Shown in pieces: positions 8,394 to 17,429 of a stretch of 32,222 nucleotides of DNA (its first letter is position 1; every line of letters starts with the position of its first letter). The DNA comes from Firmicutes bacterium UBA6648 (GTDB taxonomy: Bacteria > Bacillota > Clostridia > Peptostreptococcales > Anaerovoracaceae), in the NCBI GenBank assembly GCA_002455605.1, contig DKLE01000256.1:1-32222 (forward strand), in the 5' to 3' direction. The notes under the pieces were generated by a model. That model made no database searches. It was not told the DNA's origin and was given only the letters and a program-made list of their open reading frames with translations. A program made the translations under genes and the position numbers.

Positions 8394-9698
8394 TTATTCC
8401 AAAATTCTGGTCATCCTCTCCAGCATATCATCATAATTGAAAAACTCTGTAGTCTTCTGCTTTAGAAAATCATTTACAGCATCAATTCTGGATACCGCAT
8501 TATCCAGCTTTATATTAGCTCCTGCCTTATATGCTCCTATAGAAATTAAATCGGCATTTTCCTCATACACAGCAAGTAAATCCCTTATTTTCGCAGCCAG
8601 TGCTTTATGGTTTTCATCCACTATAGCCGCCATCAATCTGGAAATACTGCCGCCTATTTCTATAGCGGGGAAATGGTTTTTTGCTGCAAGCTTTCTCGAT
8701 AATATAATATGTCCATCCAAAATACCTCTCACGGTATCAGCGATTGGTTCATTGGTGTCATCTCCTTCAACCAAAACAGTATAGATACCCGTAATAGAAC
8801 CATTCTCAAAATTGCCGCTTCTCTCCAGCAGTTTAGGCATTTCTGCATAGATGGAAGGGGTATATCCTCTGGCAACCGGAGGTTCTCCTACCGCCAATCC
8901 GATTTCTCTTTGCGCCATAGCAAATCTTGTTAAGGAATCCATCATTAACAGTACATCCTTACCCTGGTCTTTAAAAAATTCTGCAATGGCTGTGGCAACA
9001 ATGGGACATTTTGCTCTTTGCACCGCCGGTTGATCGGAGGTAGCAACCACAAGCACAGAACGAGCCATTCCTTCCGGCCCCAAGTCCCTCTCTATAAATT
9101 CTTTAACTTCTCTTCCTCTTTCACCTACCAGTGCGATTACGTTGATATCTGCAGAAGCCTGTTTGGCAATCATACCTAAAAGGGTACTCTTACCCACTCC
9201 GCTCCCTGCAAAAATTCCTATTCTTTGACCTTTACCTACTGTAAGAAATCCGTCAATCGCTTTAATTCCGAAATGAATCCTTTCCATAATAGGCGGCCTG
9301 CTTAAAGGATTTATATAATTATTCTCAACACTGTACAAGGCAGAGCGCTGGATAGGCCCTTTGCCATCGATGGGCTCTCCCATAGCATTAATTGTTCTGC
9401 CGCATAAATCTTCTCCAACCGGAATCCGAAGCCTTCGTTTTGTGCTTCTGACAAAGTCTCCCGACCCCATCCCTTCAATAAAATCATAGGGCATCAATAC
9501 CGTTTTATCACCTCTGAACCCTACAACTTCTGACATTACTTTACGTTTTCCGTCTTTCGATGTAATAATGTTAATATCTCCGATACTCGCTTTGATGCCT
9601 GCGGCTTCAATACTCATACCGACTACATTTTCTATCTTGCCAATATGCTCAAAGGTTTCTGAACTCTTTATCATTTCTGACAATCCTTTAAAATACAA
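8394..9698 (-). CDS. fliI: Flagellum-specific export ATPase FliI
   Basis: Walker A AGSGVGKS; GERGREV; LLMMDSLTRFA; GYTPS. Confidence 0.96.
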   Translation of the reverse strand: MYFKGLSEMIKSSETFEHIGKIENVVGMSIEAAGIKASIGDINIITSKDGKRKVMSEVVGFRGDKTVLMPYDFIEGMGSGDFVRSTKRRLRIPVGEDLCGRTINAMGEPIDGKGPIQRSALYSVENNYINPLSRPPIMERIHFGIKAIDGFLTVGKGQRIGIFAGSGVGKSTLLGMIAKQASADINVIALVGERGREVKEFIERDLGPEGMARSVLVVATSDQPAVQRAKCPIVATAIAEFFKDQGKDVLLMMDSLTRFAMAQREIGLAVGEPPVARGYTPSIYAEMPKLLERSGNFENGSITGIYTVLVEGDDTNEPIADTVRGILDGHIILSRKLAAKNHFPAIEIGGSISRLMAAIVDENHKALAAKIRDLLAVYEENADLISIGAYKAGANIKLDNAVSRIDAVNDFLKQKTTEFFNYDDMLERMTRILE

Positions 9699-9710
9699 GC
9701 TCTTATCCCC

Positions 9711-11135
9711 CTATAGTTTGTTATCACTGACAATTTGCCTTATATTATCCATTTGGGTGCCTACACTGGCGTCCACAATTTGATCCGGTGACTCTATGAT
9801 ACAGGTTCCTGACGGTTCGTCCTCCATCACTACTACTTTCACATTGGCAGAAATCTGATTTAAAGCATCAATTAATTCTTTCTCCAGGTTCATAGCAATA
9901 GCTTTATCTTCGTTAGAGATATAAACCTTTGCCCATTGCTTGTTTCTGCAGTCCTCTGCCGCCGCTACAATCATTTTAGCAACCACATCTTTACTGGATT
10001 TTAAGCTGATTTTAATTACCTTTTCTGCCACATTAACCGCTAAATCCGAGAGATCATTTAAATTGCTATGCAGTATTTCTTCTTTTCTTTTATTAAAATC
10101 TTCAATAGCAGATTCCAGTTCTTTTCCAAAGGCTGCAGCTTCTTGTATCATACCTTCGTTAACTGCATTTTCAGCTGCCAGATAGCCTTCATGATTCCCT
10201 TTTTCGAAGCCTTCTGAATATCCTTTCTCGGCAGCTTCCTCCATGGCTTGTTGGACTTTTTCATCAATAATTGTCTGAGCCTCCTGCTGAGCCTCATTGA
10301 TGATTTTCTGAGCCTGCATTCTGGCTTGCTCCAACAATTCATTTGCCTGCTTTTCAGCCTGTTCCAGCAATTCTTTTGTCTGTATCGCGTTTTCTACACT
10401 ATCATTTTCAAGGGGTATATCTGAATCCGCCAAAGCATCTTCCGTTTTTTCGGAAACGTGCTCCGGAGGTATAACATCTCCCAAAATTAAAGCACTGTTG
10501 ATGTCATATGGCTGAACTTGAATTTCTTCTTCATCATCAAAGGAATCCAGATAAAATTCAGTGGGAAGGATATCCTCTGCTTCATAAGTCTCCTCATTAA
10601 ACACATCATTTTCATTAAAGCATTTCATTTCATATTCTTCACTTTCGCTAAGAATAGCGGCTTCTGCCGATTGAGCACCACGCATTTTCAAGGCACTGTT
10701 AAAAGCAGCAATTTTATCCAAAGCTTCATACCCATCATGAAAGTCTTCATTCAGTAAATCTTGCTCAATAAGCAATTCATCATTCTGTTGTAAAACATCC
10801 GGCCCCAATATGCTTGCTACAAGTTCTTTTTTGTCATCATCTATCTCTGTTATATTGTTTTCGATTTTGCTATGGGAAGAAAACTCCGGAGAATATCCAT
10901 AAATTTTCTTGACCCCATTATTTTTCTTCAGCTCTTCATTCCATTGCTCTTCCATAGCTGCTTTTTTAAATTCAGACATAGCGTCTTCAACAGCTTTCTG
11001 AGCCGCACTGTCATCTGCCTCTTCTCTGCTGCTTTCCTTCTTGGCAAACTGTACCGCTTCTTCCAGACGCTTTTCTGCCCGTTCCAGAGCTGATTGAACT
11101 TGTAAAACCTCATATGTTTTACGCAATGATCTCAT
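9711..11135 (-). CDS. fliH: FliH with a long acidic N-terminal extension
   Basis: C-terminal half has AxxxGxxxGxxxG repeats (AEKGYSEGFEKGNHEG) and GTCIIES...VDASV; sits between fliG and fliI; start overlaps the fliG end. Confidence 0.85.
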   Translation of the reverse strand: MRSLRKTYEVLQVQSALERAEKRLEEAVQFAKKESSREEADDSAAQKAVEDAMSEFKKAAMEEQWNEELKKNNGVKKIYGYSPEFSSHSKIENNITEIDDDKKELVASILGPDVLQQNDELLIEQDLLNEDFHDGYEALDKIAAFNSALKMRGAQSAEAAILSESEEYEMKCFNENDVFNEETYEAEDILPTEFYLDSFDDEEEIQVQPYDINSALILGDVIPPEHVSEKTEDALADSDIPLENDSVENAIQTKELLEQAEKQANELLEQARMQAQKIINEAQQEAQTIIDEKVQQAMEEAAEKGYSEGFEKGNHEGYLAAENAVNEGMIQEAAAFGKELESAIEDFNKRKEEILHSNLNDLSDLAVNVAEKVIKISLKSSKDVVAKMIVAAAEDCRNKQWAKVYISNEDKAIAMNLEKELIDALNQISANVKVVVMEDEPSGTCIIESPDQIVDASVGTQMDNIRQIVSDNKL

Positions 11136-12132
11136 CCTTTCCGCCCTTATTAATCATGAGCCTTCCTTCTTCTTCAAGACGCCTTATAACAGCAACTATC
11201 TTCTGCTGGGCTTCTTCTACATCCTTTAAACGGACATTATATGTAAATTCCAGTTCACTCTTAACAGTTTCCGCCATACGACTTGACATATTTGCAAAAA
11301 TCATATTAGAAACTTCCTGCGTTGAACCCTTTAATGCGTAAACAATGTCCTGAGTCTCAACTTCACGCAAGAATTCCTGTATGCCTCTGTCGTCAAGCAA
11401 GGTGATATCTTCAAAGACAAACATTCTGTTTCTGATGTCATCAGCCAGCTTGATGTCTTTTTTACTTAATTCATCAAATATATATTTTTCATTGCTTCTG
11501 TCAATGTTGTTCATAACTTCCGCAATATAATCGACTCCGCCCACCTGAGCAAAATCCAATGACAGTACAGAAGCAAATTTTTTCTCCAGTATGTTTTCAA
11601 CAATTTTAATGGTTTCCGGTGACGCACTATCCATCCTTGCAATGCATTCTACCACCTTGACCTGCTTTTCTTTCGGCAGCTCAGTAATAATTTCTGAGGC
11701 CTGCTCAGGCTTTGCATAAGATAAAATAAGTGCAATAGTCTGCGGTCTTTCATGTTGTATGATCGCATAAAGGTTTTTGCTATCTGTCTTTCGGATAAAC
11801 TCAAACGCTCTGGTTTTAAGATTTCGCGTCACTCTTTCCAGCAAGGTCGTAGCGGTCTGTGGTCCGAAAGCCTTTTCAAGTACCGTCTTAGCATAATCGA
11901 CTCCACCTTCCGTAATAACTTTTTGAGTCAAACAGAGTTTATAAAAGTCGTCCATTGCCGCTTCTGTTTGAGTAGGCGAAACATGATTCAATTTTGCTAT
12001 TTCCAAGGTGAGGATTTCTAAATCTTCCTCACCCAGAAATTTATATATCTTAGAAGCTCTTTCAGCCCCAAGAGAAATAACAACAGCTGCTGCCTTTTGT
12101 TGTGGTGTCAAGCCGCTGACATCTTTACTCAT
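11119..12132 (-). CDS. fliG: Flagellar motor switch protein FliG
   Basis: QKAA, GGVDYA, ERPQTIALIL, MFVFEDI, EEAQQKIV motifs. Confidence 0.96.
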   Translation of the reverse strand: MSKDVSGLTPQQKAAAVVISLGAERASKIYKFLGEEDLEILTLEIAKLNHVSPTQTEAAMDDFYKLCLTQKVITEGGVDYAKTVLEKAFGPQTATTLLERVTRNLKTRAFEFIRKTDSKNLYAIIQHERPQTIALILSYAKPEQASEIITELPKEKQVKVVECIARMDSASPETIKIVENILEKKFASVLSLDFAQVGGVDYIAEVMNNIDRSNEKYIFDELSKKDIKLADDIRNRMFVFEDITLLDDRGIQEFLREVETQDIVYALKGSTQEVSNMIFANMSSRMAETVKSELEFTYNVRLKDVEEAQQKIVAVIRRLEEEGRLMINKGGKDEIIA

Positions 12133-13702
12133 TCTCCTCTTCTCCTCTTAACCAAGTCTTCAGTAATTGAGCCGAAATCTCAGGATTAATATCCGTAAAG
12201 TCTTGAATCTGGCTCTTAAGCTCTTCTTCTCTGGTCTTGCCCAACTCATCAAGACGCACTAATTCCTGTGTATCCTGAGCACGCTGCGCTTCCTCTGCTG
12301 CTGCCAGTTCCTGCACCCGCTTCTTCAATTTAGCCTTTTTAACAATAACCATAGCTACCACAATCAATGCCAGTATCAATGCCAGTATTGCCGGTATTAT
12401 AATCTTCAGCATTGGATTTGCATTCAGAATAGCAGTAATTCCAGTTATCTGCTCCGGCTCCGGTGTATAGAATTCAGCATTAAAAATAGCAATTTTCGTG
12501 TCCGCTAATTCCGGTGCAATACCTGCGGCTATGGCAATGGCCTGTCTCATTTCGCCTGCTTTGGCAGGAGTTAAGCTGGCACTGTCCACGGCGACAGAAA
12601 CTGTCGTATCCGTCAATTCGCCTGCATCGCTTTGAATCTGCTCCTTAACCTGGCTTACTAAATATTCCAGAGCCCTGTCATCTTTAAAATAAATATCATT
12701 TCCATCAGTGGTTACTCCTGGGTATACAGGCACATCTGCATTGGTTTCGGTTCCCGGTACACCTGCAGTTACTTCACCCTCTCCCTGAATCTCATAGGTA
12801 GAATTTGATTTGGAAAGAACTCCTTTGTTGTCCTCTGACGGAATATATTCAATAATTTCTTTAATTTTCTTGTCTAAATCAACAGAACAGTTTACACTTA
12901 CTCGAATATTTTCTTGACCAAATACTGGTTGAAATAACTCTAAAATCTTTGCTTTAAGACTGGCTTCAATCTGTTTTTCTATATTAAGCTTTAAAGCAGT
13001 GGCTCCTTCTTGAGAATCCTCTTGGCTTGCACTGACTTCTTCTCCATTCCCGTCGATAACAGCTACATTTTTGATATCCATACCAGGTATTCCCTTTGCA
13101 ACCAGCCTTTGAATACCTTTCACCTGTTCTTTACTCGGCGAGCCACCATCCTCCATGGTAACCGTAACAGAAGCGGAAGATTCCTTTACATCTTCCTGTA
13201 AAGCATATTTTTGATCGTCTGCCATAGCAATAGCAACCGTAGCATCCTTGACACCATCAAATTGCTTAATGGTCTGTGCCATTCGGTTTTCCAACTCAAA
13301 TTGTGCATATTTATACTTTTCAAAATCTGTAGCCAGTAAGCCTACATTATCTTTAAAAATGTCATAAGTAAAACCGGTTTTAGGATATCCTTCCGAAGCC
13401 AACGCAACCTTTACCTTATCAACCATTTCCTCAGGCACATAAATGGTTCCGTTCTTGTTCTTATACTTAATGGCTTGTTCCTCCAGCACGCTTATTATCT
13501 CTACGGCTTCGGGTTCGTCAAGTCCTGTATAAAGTACGCTGAAGTTGGGATTATTCAATGCAAGAGCTATTACAAAAGCTACGGCTATGATTAATACTGC
13601 CGCAAGAGCAATAAGGATTTTAGCCTTTTTGCTCAATTTAGCATCTATTGCTGCCAATTTTTCTTTTATTTGTTTTAATTGTTCTTCTAAACGTTCTCGC
13701 AA
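12125..13702 (-). CDS. fliF: Flagellar MS-ring protein FliF
   Basis: Two TM segments; ASVTV; GVPGTETN; ends QLLKTWL; TTG start. Confidence 0.93.
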   Translation of the reverse strand: MRERLEEQLKQIKEKLAAIDAKLSKKAKILIALAAVLIIAVAFVIALALNNPNFSVLYTGLDEPEAVEIISVLEEQAIKYKNKNGTIYVPEEMVDKVKVALASEGYPKTGFTYDIFKDNVGLLATDFEKYKYAQFELENRMAQTIKQFDGVKDATVAIAMADDQKYALQEDVKESSASVTVTMEDGGSPSKEQVKGIQRLVAKGIPGMDIKNVAVIDGNGEEVSASQEDSQEGATALKLNIEKQIEASLKAKILELFQPVFGQENIRVSVNCSVDLDKKIKEIIEYIPSEDNKGVLSKSNSTYEIQGEGEVTAGVPGTETNADVPVYPGVTTDGNDIYFKDDRALEYLVSQVKEQIQSDAGELTDTTVSVAVDSASLTPAKAGEMRQAIAIAAGIAPELADTKIAIFNAEFYTPEPEQITGITAILNANPMLKIIIPAILALILALIVVAMVIVKKAKLKKRVQELAAAEEAQRAQDTQELVRLDELGKTREEELKSQIQDFTDINPEISAQLLKTWLRGEEENE

Positions 13703-13724
13703 TGTTCTGCCACCTTATCCTAGA

Positions 13725-14075
13725 TTACACACTCATACGCATGATTTCGCTGTATGAGTCCAGTGCTTTATTTCTTAATTCGACCAGCAGGTCTACTGAT
13801 AGCTGAGCCTTTGCGATGTCAATACTATACTGATGCAAATTGTCGCTCTGTCCTGTCGCCAGTTTTTCGGCGTCAATATTCACCTGATTATCTGTAGCAA
13901 TCACATCTTTGATTGCTTCTTGAAAAACAGATTTAAAAGGCACCTGTGCGCCCTGCGCTGATTCCACAGCGTCTGTATCAGCCTTGCCATTTATTGTTTT
14001 TTGATTTCCATTTATTTTATTTATACTGCTTAAATCTGCAATATTATTAATTGTCTGCATAGGATCAATAAACAT
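13725..14075 (-). CDS. fliE: Hook-basal body protein FliE
   Basis: C-terminal RNKALDSYSEIMRMSV; ATG 14075 behind GGAGG. Confidence 0.93.
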   Translation of the reverse strand: MFIDPMQTINNIADLSSINKINGNQKTINGKADTDAVESAQGAQVPFKSVFQEAIKDVIATDNQVNIDAEKLATGQSDNLHQYSIDIAKAQLSVDLLVELRNKALDSYSEIMRMSV

Positions 14076-14109
14076 TTTCTTTGTTTCCTCCAATTACTCT
14101 GCTTTTAAG

Positions 14110-14580
14110 CTATCTGCCAATCTCCAGCGCTTTCTGTGCCATAAGCTTAACGGCATTCAAAACAGTAACATTCGCTTGATAAGATCTCGTAGCTGACATG
14201 CTGTCAAGAGTTTCTTCCAGCATGTTTACATTAGGAAGCCTAACATATCCGCTTTCATCAGCATCCGGGTGTTCCGGATTATATTCGGTTTTGAAGTCGC
14301 TTTGATCTTCAATAATCTGGCTGACTCTTACTCCGGGATTATAATCACGCCGAACCAACCGTCCTTTTCCGTCTCTTTCAATAATTGCATTATTTAGGGA
14401 ATCTTTAAAGGAAACATCACCGGCCTTATCTTCAAAGACAACCATCTTTCGTCTGTAAGGCCCTCCTGTTTCAGTTCTGGTCGTATCAATATTCGAAACA
14501 TTTTCAGAAATAATATCCAATCGTTGTCTTTGTGCTGTCAATGCAGAAGCACTTATATTCATTGAGCTTAGAAATGACAA
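14110..14580 (-). CDS. flgC: Basal-body rod protein FlgC
   Basis: ISASALTAQRQRLDIISENVSN, GGPYRRK, YNPEHPDAD..GYV; TTG start at 14580 behind AAAGGTGG. Confidence 0.95.
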   Translation of the reverse strand: MSFLSSMNISASALTAQRQRLDIISENVSNIDTTRTETGGPYRRKMVVFEDKAGDVSFKDSLNNAIIERDGKGRLVRRDYNPGVRVSQIIEDQSDFKTEYNPEHPDADESGYVRLPNVNMLEETLDSMSATRSYQANVTVLNAVKLMAQKALEIGR

Positions 14581-14611
14581 TATACACACCACCTTTCTGT
14601 TTTTTAACATC

Positions 14612-14655
14612 TGTCATCCTTGACATCTATAAAAGGTAAATCTGTTTCCCTACAG
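14612..14655 (-). promoter_or_regulatory. Two hairpins with ANGGAN hexaloops (CsrA-type sites) in the flgC leader
   Basis: Minus strand CTGT-AGGGAA-ACAG (14655-14642) and TGTC-AAGGAT-GACA (14625-14612). Confidence 0.5.
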
Positions 14656-14732
14656 CATTTACATATTTTCGAATTCACCCAAAAAAATGGATTGCTCTAA
14701 CCCATTCTTTAAGTTGATATAATTATATATGA

Positions 14733-14762
14733 TTCGACACATTTTGTATATATTATTCGGCA
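14733..14762 (-). promoter_or_regulatory. Tandem Spo0A-like boxes at the flagellar operon promoter
   Basis: TGCCGAA (14762-14756) and TGTCGAA (14739-14733) match TGNCGAA; TATAAT at 14727-14722 just downstream. Confidence 0.45.
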
Positions 14763-14852
14763 TAATTTACAACTATTTTACATTATAAAACACTAAATCT
14801 GGTAGAATAATGATCCTTTATTTGTAATAATGCCCAACAGAATTATGGATTT

Positions 14853-15221
14853 CTATAAAATACCAGAAGCGAGGTTTTCGCTGACACTGGTTATGTCGGT
14901 CTCAACAATATTCATAGTGACTCTTTCCGGCTTATAAATTAACTTTCCTTTACACAGTAAGCACCTGGATTCTCCGTCCTTGCACCTGACCTTTATATCA
15001 AAATTCAAGGTGCTTCTCTTGTATTTCAAAGCTTCTTCCATTAAAATATTCATCCGGATCTTGCTCTCCATGTCCATCAGCTCAACTACATTGTTCTCAT
15101 ATACCTGCTGCAGTTCCTCCGGCTGATACTTTCGATTCAAATAATAATTCTTATTTGCGTATAATAATTTGTGTACATTCGCTTTCGTTATTTCAACTAC
15201 TGCTATACCTAAAGTACTCAT
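14853..15221 (-). CDS. Stand-alone PAS-like domain protein (122 aa)
   Basis: ATG 15221 behind AAAGGAG; PAS/PAC-like pattern (LLYANK, VRCKDGESR, terminal TDIT); no output domain. Confidence 0.65.
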   Translation of the reverse strand: MSTLGIAVVEITKANVHKLLYANKNYYLNRKYQPEELQQVYENNVVELMDMESKIRMNILMEEALKYKRSTLNFDIKVRCKDGESRCLLCKGKLIYKPERVTMNIVETDITSVSENLASGIL

Positions 15222-15283
15222 AACTTCCACTCCTTTAACCTGTTTGTTTGCACCCTATATTCAGATAATTATCACTGCTCCAA

Positions 15284-15316
15284 ATAAAAAAACTCCTAAT
15301 ACGCATAGCAGGAGTC
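15284..15316 (-). terminator. Intrinsic terminator of the riboswitch expression platform
   Basis: Minus strand ACTCCT-gctatgcgtatt-AGGAGT followed by a T run, between the aptamer and the PAS gene. Confidence 0.75.
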
Positions 15317-15351
15317 CCAACAAATAGGGCCTCCCAATTAACAGGAATCCC

Positions 15352-15436
15352 CATATATGCAACTGGCTGCCATCTCATTGAGTTAAGGCCCTATAGCTTT
15401 GCGTCACAATTTTTCAACTGTTTTGCCGAGCAATCT
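15352..15436 (-). ncRNA. Cyclic di-GMP-I (GEMM-I) riboswitch
   Basis: Minus strand GGCAAA-acagtt-GAAA-aattgt-GACGCAAAGCTATAGGGCCTTAA...ATGGCAGCCAGTTGC: GNRA-loop P2 and conserved core. Confidence 0.93.
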
Positions 15437-15551
15437 TCAGTTTTAACCGTTTTATATCCCACAAATCAAATTAGATTAAAACAATGTCCAATAAGGTAAA
15501 AAGTATCCTTATCCTTGGATAAATATTTGTCATTCTTAAATGTCATAGCAT

Positions 15552-15579
15552 ATTATAGCATAAATTTTCTATATTTCAA
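15552..15579 (-). promoter_or_regulatory. SigA promoter driving the riboswitch/PAS transcript
   Basis: TTGAAA-16 nt-TATAAT with extended TG. Confidence 0.7.
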
Positions 15580-15653
15580 CACAGTTTCTGCACAAATTCT
15601 ACATAATTCAACTTCTATTTTTGTAAATTTTTATATTTTTTTGTCGAAAACAC

Positions 15654-15692
15654 AAAAATAAGGTGAAGTTTTTGCTGCTTCACCTTACTTTT
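15654..15692. terminator. Bidirectional intrinsic terminator after the FAD oxidoreductase
   Basis: TAAGGTGAAG/CTTCACCTTA 10-bp stem flanked by A and T runs. Confidence 0.8.
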
Positions 15693-15706
15693 ATTCGGTT
15701 ATTTTG

Positions 15707-17092
15707 CTATTTAGAATATTTCTTTGCCAAAATTCGACCTAAGTGTACTCCGCTGGCAGAAGCCTGAGATAAAGAATGGGTAACCCCTGAGCCATCTCCC
15801 AGTGCAAAAAGGCCCTTTACCTTTGTTTCAAGATTTTCATCCACTTCTACTCTGGAATTGTAGAATTTTACTTCTACACCATAAAGCAGCGTGTCTTCAT
15901 TGGCTGTTCCCGGAGCAATCTTGTCCAATGCATAAATCATCTCAATTATATTATCCAATTGTCTCTTCGGCAGCACCAAGCTTAAATCACCAGGGGTTGC
16001 TTTCAGCGTAGGACGCGTAAAACACTTTTCCATACGTCTTTCACTGCTTCTTCTTCCCTTAACCAAATCGCCGAATCGCTGCATCAATACACCGCCGCCC
16101 AGCATATTGGAAAGCCGTGCTATGGATTCGCCATATTCATTGCTGTCTTTAAACGGTGCAGTCAATTTATTGGATACTAAAAGTGCAAAGTTGGTGTTTT
16201 CCGTTCTGAGAGACGGATCGGCATAGCTGTGCCCATTTACTGTGACAATGCCATTTGTATTTTCCGCTACTACTTCACCGTACGGATTCATGCAGAAAGT
16301 CCGAACCATATCATTGTATTTGTCGGTTTTATAAACGATTTTGCTCTCATACACCTCGTCCGTAATATGTTTAAAAATCTCAGCAGGAAGTTCAACGCGA
16401 ACCCCGATATCCACTCGATTTTGTTCCAGCTCGATCTTCATTTGATTACAAATATTTGAAATCCATTTTGATCCGGATCGTCCGGTAGCCAAAACCAGCT
16501 CCTTACATTGATACTCATCACCTTTATTCGTCTTAACATAAAAAGTGCCGTCGGAATTCTGCGTTACTTCACAGATAGTGGAATAAAACTCCATATCAAT
16601 TCTGTCTTTTGTATGATTACAGATTCTTTCCAGAATTTGTACGTTTCTGTCTGTTCCCAGATGTCTCACCTTGGCATCCAGCAGATTTAAATTGTTTCTC
16701 AGCGCTGTAGTCTTTAAATCGGAATTTCCTGTAGAATACAGCTTGGCATCCACTCCCCCAAAACTGCAAAGCACCTCATCAACATATTCCATAAGCGCCA
16801 TAGCGTTGTCCTGGCCTATGTATGCATGTAAATCTCCGCCGAATTTAGTTGTAATATTATATTTACCATCTGATAAAGTTCCTGCCCCTCCATAACCATT
16901 CATGATATGGCAAGGTTCACATTTTATACAGTTATTTGTTTTTCCCAATTTTATCGGGCATACTCTCTTTTCAAGGGGTGCACCCTTGTCCACCATTAAA
17001 ATCTTAGCTGTATTATCAAGCTTCGTAAGTTCGTATGACAGAAATACCCCGCTCGCACCTGCACCAGCAATTATAATATCATATTTTTTCAT
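15707..17092 (-). CDS. NAD(P)/FAD-dependent oxidoreductase (COG2509-like)
   Basis: GAGASG Rossmann motif; GGAGTLSDGK; RTFCMNP; GDGSG; Cys cluster CxxCxPC; ATG 17092 behind GGAGG. Confidence 0.85.
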   Translation of the reverse strand: MKKYDIIIAGAGASGVFLSYELTKLDNTAKILMVDKGAPLEKRVCPIKLGKTNNCIKCEPCHIMNGYGGAGTLSDGKYNITTKFGGDLHAYIGQDNAMALMEYVDEVLCSFGGVDAKLYSTGNSDLKTTALRNNLNLLDAKVRHLGTDRNVQILERICNHTKDRIDMEFYSTICEVTQNSDGTFYVKTNKGDEYQCKELVLATGRSGSKWISNICNQMKIELEQNRVDIGVRVELPAEIFKHITDEVYESKIVYKTDKYNDMVRTFCMNPYGEVVAENTNGIVTVNGHSYADPSLRTENTNFALLVSNKLTAPFKDSNEYGESIARLSNMLGGGVLMQRFGDLVKGRRSSERRMEKCFTRPTLKATPGDLSLVLPKRQLDNIIEMIYALDKIAPGTANEDTLLYGVEVKFYNSRVEVDENLETKVKGLFALGDGSGVTHSLSQASASGVHLGRILAKKYSK

Positions 17093-17267
17093 ATCATCCT
17101 CCAACTGTTTGGTCTTATTGGCGACCATACATAGTTACTATATCCGAAACATCATTATAATTCAACTATTAAATATATGCATTTTTTATGCTATAATAAA
17201 ATTTAATAGTTCTTTAAAACAAAACAATCTCTGATTTAAAAGTCACATATAGGAGGTCTTAACCAAT

Positions 17268-17429
17268 ATGGATAAAAACAGCTTAATGCTTGGTATCGCA
17301 TTTTTAATAGGCTCCGCTTATTGTATACTGGAATTGGTAACTAAAGAATTTAAATCTTTTACTTTAACAGGACTGATTCTTTTCACATTAGTCGGTATCG
17401 CTTTTATCAGAAAATCAAAGAGCCGGTAA
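17268..17429 (+). CDS. Small membrane protein (53 aa, two predicted TM helices), missing from the ORF track
   Basis: AGGAGG RBS at 17251; TG-C-TATAAT at 17189-17197; MDKNSLMLGIAFLIGSAYCILELVTKEFKSFTLTGLILFTLVGIAFIRKSKSR. Confidence 0.75.
   Translation: MDKNSLMLGIAFLIGSAYCILELVTKEFKSFTLTGLILFTLVGIAFIRKSKSR

Noticed and set aside
15352..15436. cGAMP-sensing GEMM-Ib variant
   Set aside because: The G20-equivalent base is G (GGCAAA), the c-di-GMP signature, judged by eye
14600..15700. C. difficile-like invertible flagellar switch
   Set aside because: No ~20-bp inverted repeat pair flanking a segment found by eye, and no recombinase in the window
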